This document shows, piece by piece, positions 50,740 through 63,096 of a DNA stretch of 64,000 nt. How positions within the stretch are numbered: the first letter of the stretch is position 1; each line of letters starts with the position of its first letter. The notes below the pieces were generated by a model. That model saw only the letters and a list, made by a program, of their open reading frames with translations, was not told the DNA's origin and did not search any database. The stretch spans positions 1,490,001 to 1,554,000 of the forward strand of contig NW_026974140.1 in NCBI RefSeq assembly GCF_037042905.1. Reading direction: 5' to 3'. This stretch comes from Lytechinus pictus. Its lineage: Eukaryota. The position numbers were made by a program, and so were the translations under genes.

Positions 50740-53700
50740 TTTGATTTGCTAGTTCATTATGATTAACTTGCACGCCGAATAAAAGTACACAATTTTTCCT
50801 GCGCGCGGGCAGCATCTCCCTACGCACACACTATCCCAAGATCATCACGCAAAGAGGCGTCCATTTCCTCTTTTACTTTCGCCTGCCGCCGTGATCAGAC
50901 GTTAGCTAAGTACACTCCCACTTTGCTTTTTAAAGTGTCCGTTGTTAACATATTTATCTATGTATTTACATCCTATTTCAATCCTTTGCCTTTCGGCTTT
51001 AGATTGATTTCATTCATATCTCTACTGCACGGAGCTTTCGTGTTATTATTCACGTTTTTTCTTTAAATAAACTTGTGAGTTCCGAACCGTCAAGTTTCGT
51101 TTTCTCACAGACGGGTTGCTTCCGCTTCCCTTCCCCGTATAGCTCCGCGCTTCCCTGCGTGCCACAGGCACTGATATGACGCTCCCTTTTTCTTTATAAT
51201 CCTTTTTAATTCTTTATAATTCTTGACTTGCTCCTTTGCCTCGTCTTGAATTGAATTGATTTTATTTCCTCTCCACAGCTTAGGCTATGGGACAGGTAGG
51301 AGCGTCGTCCTTGTTTGTTCTCAAACTTGTTTTCAACTTGTTCTTTTGTGAGTCGGTTGATTGTCTCAATCAATCTTTTGTTCTTGTTTGATTAATTGAT
51401 TGATTGATTAATTAATTAATTAATTAATTGTTTAATTAACTAATTGGTTAATTGTTTAATTATTAATTAATTTTAATAATTATTTTGTATTGAAATTTTT
51501 TTTTAGACTTATTGTCTTAAAAAAAATTTCTTAAATTTTTTGGGAAGCCCCCCTGTTCTCTTTTAGCGTCCTTTGTTTTCGCTAATGAGTTTTCGGCTTC
51601 CAGTTTTAGGGAAGTAAGTTTTTACTTCTTCCCTTCAGATCAGCTTCTTTTACTTATTTCTTTTGAAAAAAAAAAATTAATTAACGTCATGTCTGTTGTA
51701 ATTAATAAAAAATAAAAAAAATAAAAATGTTTTTTTTCTCACTTCAGCTTCTTAACTTTGTTTCAGAACTCATGTTTAAGAAGTCGGTCCTGTTTTTTCC
51801 AGAGTTATTAATTTTATTATTAATATTTTCTGAAAAGGATCTTGCTTGTCACCTTTCTTGCCCACCCACCCCTCCGCCCCCTCTTTGTTTTCGACCCTCT
51901 TTTTGTTCTTTCAGGCTAAGAACTTACCAGGTAGATGAGGTCTTTCGACTCATCTCTTGATGACTCCAAACCTGCCGCTGGAAGAGAACCAGACATGGTA
52001 TTTGTTCCCGTGATCAGCGGCGGTGAGTATGAGGGCAAGAGAGTGAGACCCTTTGCGAAGGGCTCTATAAAGGGTGGAACCGTGGTTTGCGTCCACGTGC
52101 CCTGGAAAAAGGAGGGTGGAACCGTGGAGTTGCGTCCACGTGCCCAAGAGGGTGGAACCGCGCCCACGTGCCCGAGCGTTTTAGGGTGGAACCGTGGCGC
52201 TGCGGCCACGTGCCTGAAAGGTGATAGCCAAGGTTCCCTCGACGGGACCTGAACCTATTTTGGGGAGTGTTGTACTAGTATAGAAAACCTCACTCCTCCA
52301 GGGCTGCTTGACCCACCGGCTATCGGGTCCAACAAGTCCGGGTTAAGAGCATGGGACTCTTTTCCTGGCACAGACTAGGCTTGATTCTTTGTCAGTCTCC
52401 GTCAGGGAGCATTAGCAAAGGGCTACCAGCCCCTAGTCGCTAGAGACACGTGAGCTCGACCCCGTCAATCTCACGATTATCTGATCAGGGTGGAACCGTG
52501 GAATCGCGTCCACGTGCCCTTAAAGGTGGAACCGTGGAATTAGCGTTCATGTGCCTAAACGGCTTGATCAGATTTGGGTGACTTTTCTCATGCGAGATAT
52601 CACGTCCCCCCTGTCTCTTGTGCCCTCTTCTGCCCCCCGGCGGGGGCCGCATAGAAGAGGAAGAAGAAGAAATTCTAGGTTGCTAACCCCGCTTCGCGGG
52701 CAGACCTTTCTTTCTGATTCTTGTGCCGATGGCCAGGCGTCGTAACTTCATGTTACAACAGAACGCCCTCGAGCATCACGGATTCTTATCCTCATGCTCT
52801 CCATCAGCTAAAACCGCCGTGTCAAGCACCGGGCAGGTCAAGCAGACATTCGCCATTTCACACCTCGGAGAGTCCCCGGCAATTTCATGATTCGCCGGCT
52901 CACGCACCTGCAAGGGAAATTCCCGCTAATACACAGGTGTTATCGACATACGGGCATCGCCCCCCATTATGTCACCAGACTCTCGATAATTGTGGGTCAG
53001 GCGTCGCAACTCTCATGTTGCTTCACACGCCCACGAGAATGCAGGTAATTTCCCCCACGCTTCATGTCAGCTTCAGCCGCCGTGCTAAGCACCGTGCGGT
53101 TCAAGCAGTCACCTGCCCTCTCACGCCGGGCTTTTATTGAAACGCTGCTCACCTACACGGTGACCCCGTTTCTATGCAGGTGCTTCCGACATACGGCTTT
53201 CAAGCCAACATGTCGGCAAGCTCTCGGTGACCGACGGCGGGACGTTGCATCCTTACAGGTTGCATCAACACGTCCCCGAGCATTACGGGTTCTTACCCTC
53301 GTGTTTTCCGTCATTATAGACCGCCGCTACGCGACGGCCAGCTTATCAGCAGCCTCGCACCAGCCGCTGGCCCCCTTTTTCTTTGAAATTGCCAGCCCTT
53401 TCAACCGCACGGGTGATTTCACGATATGCACAGGTATTTCACGATATGCTGACGTATGGGTCTCACCCAGCAAGTCGGCAAGCCCCCGTATGTCGCTGGT
53501 TGGATGCTGCTTTCTGTCGGTCTTATTGCCGGTGTCGGGCATTGAGCGGATTGAGTTTTCTCCCGCCAGCCTGCACTCCGGGGAGCCGTCGGCGAGTTCA
53601 CCTGCATGGGTATCCCCCATTAATATGCAGGTACTCCCGAATTCGCCCTCTACGTCAAGCTTCACAGTTTGACCGGGCATCGCTTACGGCGACGGCTCTT

Positions 53701-54808
53701 TCAGCGGTAACTCTCTCCATTCTACCCCCTTGGCGGGCCTGTAGATTGGAGGTAAGAATTTCTTACATACCGCATGCCTTCCTTCTCTCATGAGAATGTT
53801 TGGCTGTTTTTGAGAGGGCAACCTATCACGCCCGCGGACCGTCCGCCCAGGCGACGGGACCGTCAGCTTTTGGCCTGAACCTCACTTTCTATACGAAAGT
53901 AAGGGTGCCCTGTCTTTACTTTTAACTCCTACTCTTCCTTGTAAGGTTAGAGTCAGGGCTAGTACAGACACCCGTCCTCCAGCGATCGCCGCTGTAGAGA
54001 GGGCGATTCCGATATTAGCACCATCACCGCTCAGCGGTATGTCTCTCTATCTCGTAGCTCTGCCGAGCTTATGAGCATAAATATCGGATCTGAATGTCAC
54101 GGCGATTAATAGTTCTCCTATACTTAATAATCGCTATGCCTTCACCACCCGGTGCATTATGGTTATTTTTAACCTGTTTGTCTCGTATTCGGGCGGCTCG
54201 TGCGAGCCCTGCCCGAGCTGCCATCATCGGTCGTCCCCCCCGGACCCCGCCGGCAGCACCCGCACCGAACGCCTGGAGGGAATCGGCTATTTATATGCCA
54301 GATACCCCTCCTGTTGACATTCACAGCTTGTTCCCCGAGTCTTTCCCGGTCGGGTAAGCATAATCTCGGAGGAAAGAAACAGCCGTATATCTCATCAGAT
54401 TGTTGGCTGTGTACGTGCGTTCAGGCTTGTTTCAAGCCCCAGGCTTTTTCTGTCGGCATTTCTATGCCTACTTCCTGGGCGCACCCACCGTGCCGGGTCG
54501 GCGAGTTCAAACCAAACTGTCCGCCGCCAGGCCATCGGTCGAGCTCAAACAGTCTATCTGATAGACTGCCCTCAATGTGGGTCAAGCTTGTGGGCGTCTC
54601 CGCCGCTTCCTCCTTGTGTGGAGTGGGCTACGGTCGATGCATTTACCGTGCCCGTGTGTCGAGTTGTCTTCTTAATTAGAAGCTTTTTCACTCGGCACAC
54701 TTGAGTCGCCTCGCAGACTGCTTTCATCCTCCTTCCATGCTATGTATGTGGCCATGGTCACTGCTTGACCGGGGATGATGTGATCGTGGATGGATGCTAT
54801 GTGCATGC

Positions 54809-54840
<32 letters not shown>

Positions 54841-56545
54841 TGGGATATATATTTATGTATATGTATGCGTGTGTGTATGTATGCTTATGTCTGTCTAACC
54901 ACGATCACCGCGACCCGCTTTCTCTCGGGCCGACTGTGGATGAGTTCCTCCATGAGAGTGATTTACTTCACTGGAGCTCTTCTTTTTAGAAGCTTAGATT
55001 CTCATCCCCCGCTGCTTAGGGCGTCTGTTTTGCCGCACCCCCCCCCCAGCTTTCGGAACTCCTTGTCTTACCGATATCGGACTGTTCCATGCTTTCGCTA
55101 CCGGCGCTGGCGGTGCTTGCCCTTGCGATCACCAGAGAAACCAGGCCTTGTGGCTGTTTTCGTAAACAACTGGTTCTCATCGCAGACTGAGGGAAATATT
55201 GGTGATTATTTTCCTCAAGTCGCCTTACTCCTCCGCTTGTATCTTCAAGCGAGGACTTAGACACGCTTAGCCAGTTTCCGTCCCTAACCTTGATAAGACA
55301 GGGCCGTTGTTACCTCACTCGATTCCGTCGGGAACGTTACTGTTGAGGTATCATGTCTGGCGATGTCTGTTGGTTCAGAGCATCATCTTGACCAACATCT
55401 CTTGATTGTCATTTACACGTAAGATCATGACAGAGGCATTTTTTCGCCAGCTCACCTCTGGCGTACGCTTGCTGCGGCTAGGGATTGCTCCGCTCAGCGG
55501 ACATCCATCGCAGCCTAGCCTTACGGGCCCTCTCGTATCGCCGATGGTGGCTTCAGTCAAGCCACCTCTCCCGCCGCAGGCGCTGCACCCTCGGGCGGGT
55601 GCTTTATTTAGTAAGGGAGAGATGGGAACCGGGGTCCTCTCTGGACCGCTCGGTCTATCACGCTTGTTATGATGCACGCCGCGTTTTTTCTCCGACATGC
55701 CCAGTTGAGCTGTTTGACCAGACTGTTCTATTCCACATAGACAACAGGTCCGTGGCAGTTTCTTTATTAACAGGATGGCACTCAGTCGTTTTTCTCGACA
55801 ATTTGACTGCCTTACGAGTGGTTTACTTCAACCTTACTCTCTGCCGTTCCATGTCCTTATCGGACCACTGGAAACGTCCTGCCACAGCTCTCTATCAAAA
55901 TTCTGCAGATGTTCTGCCCTCACGCTTTTGAGACAGATATCGAATTCTGGGCGCTTTCCCCCACGCGGGGGCTTCTGAGATATCTCGCATTCCTTACGTT
56001 TGCATCGTTGCGGCTTGGCTTATTTTATTAAGCCGGTGACCGGACCGTGGCTTTTATTAGCCCCGCTGTTGCCTTCTCGGATTGATTGATTGATCACTTA
56101 CTGAACCGTTCAAGTTTCAGTCTTCCGATCACGATTCTTGTCGAATTTTTCAACAAAGTCGGATCGTTTATTGATCATCGGCGATTATCATCCCTCCGGT
56201 TACGGATGTTTAATACCTTAAATCCGAATCTTACAAACTCTTGAGTTTCTTCTCAAACGTTGAGCTTGTATGGTTTAGTCCGTCATGGCGCCTGTCGGTC
56301 GTTCTTGACGCTTGACTAACTCCCTATCGTCTGTCTATCAGTCGAGATCCCTCCTGTATCTGTTTATTTGTAACCATTTACAGTACGTAGCTTTGCATAC
56401 TTATGAATCGCTCCCGGACTTTTGCCGGGATGGCGTAGATTAGGCGTAACTTTTAACCCTTGTCTTTGTTTGCCTTTCTTCAGACAATTCCCAACTCTGC
56501 TCAGTTGGTTGTATTGTCGCGCGAGCCGTTTGCGTACCTATACGT
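50740..56545 (+). mobile_element. Highly decayed DIRS/Ngaro-like (tyrosine-recombinase class) retroelement
   Basis: GC-rich block between the L2 APE and RT halves. Plus-strand remnants occur in the expected order: DTPPVDIHSL (~54301), RSLDSHP..SV..SLSY (~54990-55080), VP.LDKT.GP/TSL (~55280), TVLFHIDNRSVAV (~55722, RNase H-like). No intact ORF, recombinase or terminal repeat seen. Confidence 0.5.
52071..52560 (+). repeat. Six copies of GGTGGAACCGTGG..GCGTCCACGTGCC
   Basis: Copies at ~52071, 52114, 52150, 52184, 52488 and 52525. Confidence 0.85.
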
Positions 56546-57175
56546 AGGTTTAATTGTAACCTGTAGATTATCGTTGTAGAGGAAGGCCACTCCGCCACCG
56601 CGCCCGGAGGCTCTAGGACAATGTTCGAATCTATAAGAACTTGGGTGAAGATCTGCTATTACTGCATCATCATCGGGTGAGAGCCATGTCTCACATATGC
56701 AGACAAAATCTAGGTTATGATCTATCACAAAATCTTGGAAAATTGTAGACTTATTGCGTAGGGAGCGAGAATTGAGAGAACCAAACTTTAAATGCTCCAT
56801 AAAAGGGTCACTTCCACCCCTACTCCCACGATGTGTCCTCCGCCTTCGACATGATCTACTGATTCCGAGAGACACCAAGCGATCCCAAACACCAGTGTTC
56901 TCATCACGCCATTTTAAAAAGAAACGTCTATCATTGACATGAACATTCATGGCATGAAGAGTGTGATTACTATACTTGTGAGATTGTTAAGAAGAATCAC
57001 TGGAATCATTACTATTAGGATGAGTCGATACTTGTAAAGAGGGTCCGGGATTGGGGTTGATGTCTCCCGAGATCAGAAGAAGAATACGAAAACTTGAAAT
57101 AGCATTAGCATACCGCTGAACTGGTCTACCTATGTATTTGCACTTGCGTTCAAACTTGGGATGTACCAGTGGCAA
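56546..57175 (-). pseudogene. L2-group LINE N-terminus: 2A-like peptide followed by an apurinic-type endonuclease
   Basis: FRILLLISGDINPNPGP (57091-57041) is in the same frame as HLKFGSLNSRSLRNK..DFVCICETWL..R..GRGGGVAFLY; one TAA at 56987-56989 lies between them. Confidence 0.9.
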
Positions 57176-57679
57176 TGCATTACAACAATTAACAATGATC
57201 GACTTGAGTCTCGGGGGGATTCGCCAAAAATATATTGTTTACTCTTACTTCGCCCATCACCTGAGCTGGGCTGCAGCTTGAAATTCGACCTCAGGAGCAG
57301 ATTAATTCTGACTGGCTTGAATTTCTGGACATTTATGATTTATTTTCATGCTATTCATCTTCATTTTATCAAAAAGCTTTCTTAAATTGATAGTTTCCCC
57401 AGATATTACTTTGAACGGTTGAAAAGGACCGAGTAAAAGCAAAGATAATTTATTCAGTCTCCTTTTCTCGACGAACTCTTTTCTCATGTCCATACGAACC
57501 ATGATAGGTCCATGGTACGAACGAACTCATATTGACTCATTGGGTTCCTGTAATCATCTTTCACTAGTCTAATTTCTAGACCACTATTACAGCATCGTTG
57601 ATGTTTGGTTTGACTTTGTGGTTTTATTTTGACGGAGGCAGAGGGACTAGGAGAGAGATGAAGAGATAAAATGAATGTA

Positions 57680-57714
<35 letters not shown>

Positions 57715-58512
57715 TGGCAAAGAGTGGGAGGGGGAGAGCGAGCGAGAGAGATGACCCATTCATGCCTTCAAAATGTGTACAAGACTACCTATCCTATTAT
57801 CTGCGTTGCGTTGATGCGGTTTCTGTTTGTTGGAAGATAAGTGCCCTGAGGGACTTGTTAACTTTCTTTGATAGGGCTGGAATTCTCCTTTGTTCCCATC
57901 TCAGTGTTTCAATTTTTAAACGTAGGTATTTCCTCATGCTTCCCAATTTTACTTTAGTCTAGAATTGTCGCGTAAAGTTTGGATGATCAGCAGTGCAGCG
58001 CAGAAGCATGACTTGAGCTATTGATAATGTGATTGGTATTGCAAACTTCTGAATCCAGCTTAGTATTTAGAGCTCCGTTCAGCAGCCCTTTCTCACTCTC
58101 AATACCAACACCGATCACTGCTCTTTTAATCACCTTGGACTTTGTATTCTTGGTCATGAATATTGTCCATTCGCTGTTAAAACCTCAAAATTTCAAAAGA
58201 AAAGGGATTTCAAGAACTGTTCAGAAAAAAAATCTTTTATTTTCTAGTATTATGGCAAAGGTGGTTGTACCATACTGTAAATATTTATTAAAAACATTTA
58301 CCTTAATATTCCTGTAGAGAGCTCTCTCCAAGCAATAAAAGGTTTCAACTTTGTCATAATTCTAGATAGAGGTCTTTCTGAGCTGGTTTTAATCATAGCT
58401 CAGTGACAATACAAATAATCTTAACTATTATGATGAATTAATTATTGAACGAAAAATGTGAGCTGTCAAATTTAAGTATTTCCATACATTTGTTTTCCTT
58501 GCATGCTCACAG

Positions 58513-58672
58513 CTGAATTGCAATTTTACACAAAATGAGCCACCACAGGAATGGCCATACAACTCAACCACTGATGGAGGATATGGGTCATGTCAAGGTG
58601 ACAATTTAGTGGCAGATGATGTGTTCCAGTATGAAAAAAATGATAATGCATCATTCTTATATGTACATCAAG
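58513..58672 (+). CDS. Exon of the Sema-domain gene: LNCNFTQNEPPQEWPYNSTTDGGYGSCQGDNLVADDVFQYEKNDNASFLYVHQ
   Basis: Acceptor ttttccttgcatgctcacag|, donor |gtaggt, 160 bp, phase 0-1, no stop; fits the exons on both sides. Confidence 0.8.
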
Positions 58673-60924
58673 GTAGGTAATAAGCTCTGTCCAGTTTTCT
58701 CTCACCTGTATTGGCAGTGGCAACAGTAGCATTTAAACATAGAATCTCAATTTCATAGTTTTTTTAATTTCTGCTAAGATGTCCGGGTGTCACTGCGTGA
58801 TTGGGTATAAAATCTGTGTTGCATAATAAAAGTCAAAGGTCAATTGGGTCACTGAACTTTGACAATGTGGGATCAACTTCAAACACTAGAGATTAGGATT
58901 TGTAATTTTCTTGATAACATTGAAATCAATATTCTCAAATTCTTTTTTTAGTCTTGGCATTGATTGCATATTTATTACTGCCAAAGCTCATTTAAGATCA
59001 GTCAACTTTGATGAATATTTATATGATATTGACTGCCTTTGTTTAATTTGTATGATATATAGTTCCCAAAGTAGTCTCATATATTTCCCGAGTCTTGATG
59101 AGGGCAATATGGGTCTACTGAGGGAATATAATATATCTCCCAAAAATTAAAGCCAGTCAATATCATTATTATCTACAGGCCTACAGTTGTAGGATGTGTA
59201 ATTCAGGCTACTATTTGTAGCAATTTATGACTGTTTGCATATTGGTACCTCTGAATTCAGGTCATTCTTTGATCTTGATGAATTAATCCTGGCAAAGTAA
59301 TTGTGATGTGACGTGTATATAGCGCAGGTGCACGTCATGCATGATGCGCACATACATATACATGTAACGCGTACTGTACATGTATGTAAGGCTTGTGCTG
59401 GGCTTAATGAAATGGGAATATAGATATTATTCTACATAGGCACAATAGAAAAATGACAAATTCACAGAGGAGGGGTGTATGAATACTATGGTCCCTAGTC
59501 ATACCGCTGAACCCTGGCTGGGCCATTGTGAGGTATTTTGTGTTGAGTAAATCAATCAGACAGACAAAATATGCATATATCTTTCTCCAAAATCCCTCAT
59601 TCAGGTATTAATGATATTTATTTCCTGTAAATGATCTGTTTGTATTTGAGATGGTTTTTAATTTTTCAAACAAATTATGAAATTAGTAACATAATATGAA
59701 GTCAAGGTTTAAGGTAATTCAACAACAATGAACTATGGTTTTCATTGTCAAATAAAAGATGTCACCATGAGGATCGATGATCTCTTTCAATATTTGATAA
59801 TTTCTTCCAAATGATCTCTCCATATGAGATGTCGACTTCTGGCTGGCATTTGTAAGCCTCAATGATTACTTGTCATAGGATAGCCTAAGCATTATAATGT
59901 CTTTCAGAGTTTCAGACTTTCTCGGTCAAGATTGACATGCTTTACATTGCGGATAAAAAGTTAGTTGCTTAAAGCTTATGTTAAGCTGTCGTGATGGCTT
60001 AATGATATCAATTTTACTCAAGCATCATCATTCATTTGATATCAATCTTACAAAGGTGCAATGGCTTTTGAATCTTTTCTCAATGATCGATTCTTTATGA
60101 AAATTTGAAATTGGTTATTTTATGTATCCAGCGCCATCTTGTTGATGTTTTATTTTTCTTTACCCTTTCAGCACTTATCTTTTTGATATCAGAAAACCTC
60201 AGGCAAAGATTATAATAATTTTCAGTCTATTCTATATTTGGGAAGGTTTTTTTTTTCTTCGTATAAAAAACAACCAGATATATTATGATCTAACACCAAA
60301 TCAAAATGAATTTCATGCAAAATCATTAGATTTATCCATTAAAATACATTTTTTATGTCATAAAAAAAAATACTTTTAGCTCTCATCCATCACAAACCGT
60401 AACTGTTAATAGGACAATACACATTCACATTATATGGTATAAATTGGTTTAGCGATATTCACTTTTGTTTTGATTTACCAAACTTAAATTTAGGTGGCAA
60501 CCAGTCTCAATTTACTTCTTAAACGCAATCAATGATAATTATTGTGTTCAATGACTTGTATAGACCATGGACCCTTCTATAAACGGAGTATGAGGTAAAG
60601 CAAACAAAATGATTGTTTTGTGGAAATGTGTCATGGATAGCCTTGCTAAAGATAAATATCTAGATGTAAAATGTAATTTCTTTTTGATATTCTTCATAAA
60701 CATACTTTACATCATACAATGTCTATTTATGCAAAATGCATGTTTTATGTAGTTTTGTTTTCACACCCTGTTCATGTATAATGTTTTTGTTGTGCCACAC
60801 AAAGTATATTAAAAAAATTCTCCTCTGGGGTATTCCATTAGCAAACCATTATTCTAATATTGACAATCTCTTGAATGATGTAAATGTAGATAATGATGTT
60901 ATGAAATATTATTTCCCCCTGCAG

Positions 60925-61065
60925 ATGGAAAAATCTATTTTGGGCACACAAAGCGTGACTCAGGAAGTGTAGAATCAGAAATCGGCTTAGCATCAATCTC
61001 AGAGGAAGGAGAGATATCTAATGTAATCAAAACAAGGGAAAATTCTCAAAAAATGATTGCTCAAG
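60925..61065 (+). CDS. Exon of the Sema-domain gene: DGKIYFGHTKRDSGSVESEIGLASISEEGEISNVIKTRENSQKMIAQ
   Basis: Acceptor tttccccctgcag|, donor |gtaggt, 141 bp, phase 1-1; resembles the Sema segment DGxLYxGT...I.R...LRT. Confidence 0.8.
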
Positions 61066-61427
61066 GTAGGTATTTCTCTCTACCAGTGATATGTGACTCG
61101 AGATCGGTCTCGGACTTGAGGGTTCATGACTTGGTCTCGGCTCGGACTCTGGGCCCGTGACTCGGCAATGAGTCCGGTACGAGACCGGGTTATTTTGGCG
61201 CTAATGCATCCAGTTTCCATACTCATAAATTTCCCCAAAATTTCATGCGTACACAATATTTGCAAACATCACTCATACAAAGTTCAATTGGGATCATAGA
61301 GTAAACGTTACCCGTATTAATCTAACTACTAGTCTAATGCCCATGCAATACTAGTATGTGCAGTACATGTACATGTTATGCGTCGATATAAAACTCTACA
61401 ACCTGCACTGAAATGAACTTACGATAC

Positions 61428-61649
61428 AGTGGCATTGTTGCCAAATTGGGCTATATCAAAAATCTTCTTTTTTTTTAATTCAAAAATAAAAAATCTGCCC
61501 TGTGTGAACAAACAAGCATGCTTAAACTAGTTTTTGGCAATAACCATGATTTTTTTCCTGAAAACTGATTTGAAAAATTTGGGGATTTTTCTAATGGTTT
61601 TGCCTTTTGGGGATTTTCTTCAGCTCGTATCTGGCATTGGCAACACTGG
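61428..61649. mobile_element. Short MITE
   Basis: Termini CAGTGGCATTGTTGCCAA / TTGGCAACACTG with repeated TTGGGGATTTT motifs. Confidence 0.5.
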
Positions 61650-62217
61650 CAGCAACACATGCATGCACCACCAGTGCTGGTACACGAATACGGCCTACCA
61701 TCACACCCTCGCGGCCGGCCTTAACGTTAGTAGACCTAAGTCTGGCTTACAGTCTAGTACACTGAACAGTTTATAGCATCAGGATGTTTACATTGGTCCC
61801 AAAAGTCAAATTATAGCAATTATAAAGTTGACCAACACTTGATACTATATGCACCTTTAGTTGTTACATGTAAGTCAGGCAGCTAAATATATGTGCCTTA
61901 GATTTCCTTTGCATATAGTTCTATTTTCAAAAGAAAATTTTAAAATTCTCACTATGCAACTCAGTGTCCACCAAATGTGACATTTCCCAGTGCTACATGG
62001 ACACCTTGACAATATCAGAATTTTCTTTTGAAAACTACATCTATGCATAGGACATCTGAGATCTTTAGCTAGCTGACTTAACAAGTAAATGTATGTATGG
62101 AAGAGAGGGCGCCATGAGGAACGACGACATCACGCAATTTGGAAGTGCTGAATAATTCGTTAAAATCCTACGAAATCCACGGAATGAACTGCAAATAATA
62201 ACTGATTTTAACATGAA

Positions 62218-63096
62218 ATGAGTGGAAACAAGGAAAAGAACAAAAGAGGGCCATATTTGTTACGATCTAACAAGCTTACGAGAGATTTGAACATGTCTAA
62301 TAATCAAGTCACCACGGAAGAGGACCATGCATTAGAAGCTGGGAAGACATCAGACATGGTAACACGTGCAGATTTTCAAAAACTGTCTAACCAGATTCTA
62401 CAACGTTTGGATACATTGGGCTCTCAGATGACTGCTATCAAGAAGGATATTTCAGGAATGCATACAACACTCACTGATCTACAAGTTGCAGCAGCAGATT
62501 CGGCTTCAAGAATAAGCGCAATTGAAAATCAGGAAATTCCGAATCTAAGAAAGGAGAAAAATGCTATGGAAGCACAAATTAAGGATTCAATCCTTGCTCT
62601 GGAGCTACACGATCGCAAACTCAACCTTCTGCTGTACGGAATAGAAAAGGAGAAAGATGAAAATATTGAAAGGAAAGTAAGAAGCAGCATACAGAAATTA
62701 GGCTTTACCCAGGAGGAAACGAGTAAAATGAAGTTCGTAAACGCCCATAGGCTTCCAAGACGCCAGATTCAGGGGGAGCAACGCAGAGGTCCGGATCCAA
62801 TCATCGTTCGATTTATGAGTATGTTCGATCGCGATGCGGTATTGAAAAAATATCAGCAAAGTCAGCTTAAGAAAAATCACCATGCTCAACCAAATTCTGA
62901 TAGTCCACGGCTTCGAGTTGTCACAGATCTTCCATTACAATTGAAAAAGCGACGGTTTGAGTTGGAAAATCACGCCTATCAATTGAGGAAAAATGAAAAT
63001 AAATCAACAAGGATCCGTCTAAATGGAATCAAGCTAACCCTAGAGTGTCGAGAAAAGGGATCAACATCACCTTGGACAACACTTGTAAACGCTTGA
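62218..63096 (+). CDS. LINE ORF1p-like protein (coiled coil + RRM-like + C-terminal domain), 292 aa, intact
   Basis: Heptad-rich region followed by DRKLNLLLYGIEKEKDE, VNAHRL, PDPIIVRF, LRVVTDLP...KRR and RIRLNGIKL, the motif series of L1/CR1-type ORF1p. Confidence 0.85.
   Translation: MSGNKEKNKRGPYLLRSNKLTRDLNMSNNQVTTEEDHALEAGKTSDMVTRADFQKLSNQILQRLDTLGSQMTAIKKDISGMHTTLTDLQVAAADSASRISAIENQEIPNLRKEKNAMEAQIKDSILALELHDRKLNLLLYGIEKEKDENIERKVRSSIQKLGFTQEETSKMKFVNAHRLPRRQIQGEQRRGPDPIIVRFMSMFDRDAVLKKYQQSQLKKNHHAQPNSDSPRLRVVTDLPLQLKKRRFELENHAYQLRKNENKSTRIRLNGIKLTLECREKGSTSPWTTLVNA

Noticed and set aside
52071..52560. Possible CRISPR array
   Set aside because: Intervening sequences are very short and irregular, repeats are degenerate and no cas genes are present.
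53064..55978. Overlapping 100-200 aa ORFs as real genes
   Set aside because: GC-rich decayed retroelement sequence gives long ORFs in several frames; only scattered motif remnants are recognisable.
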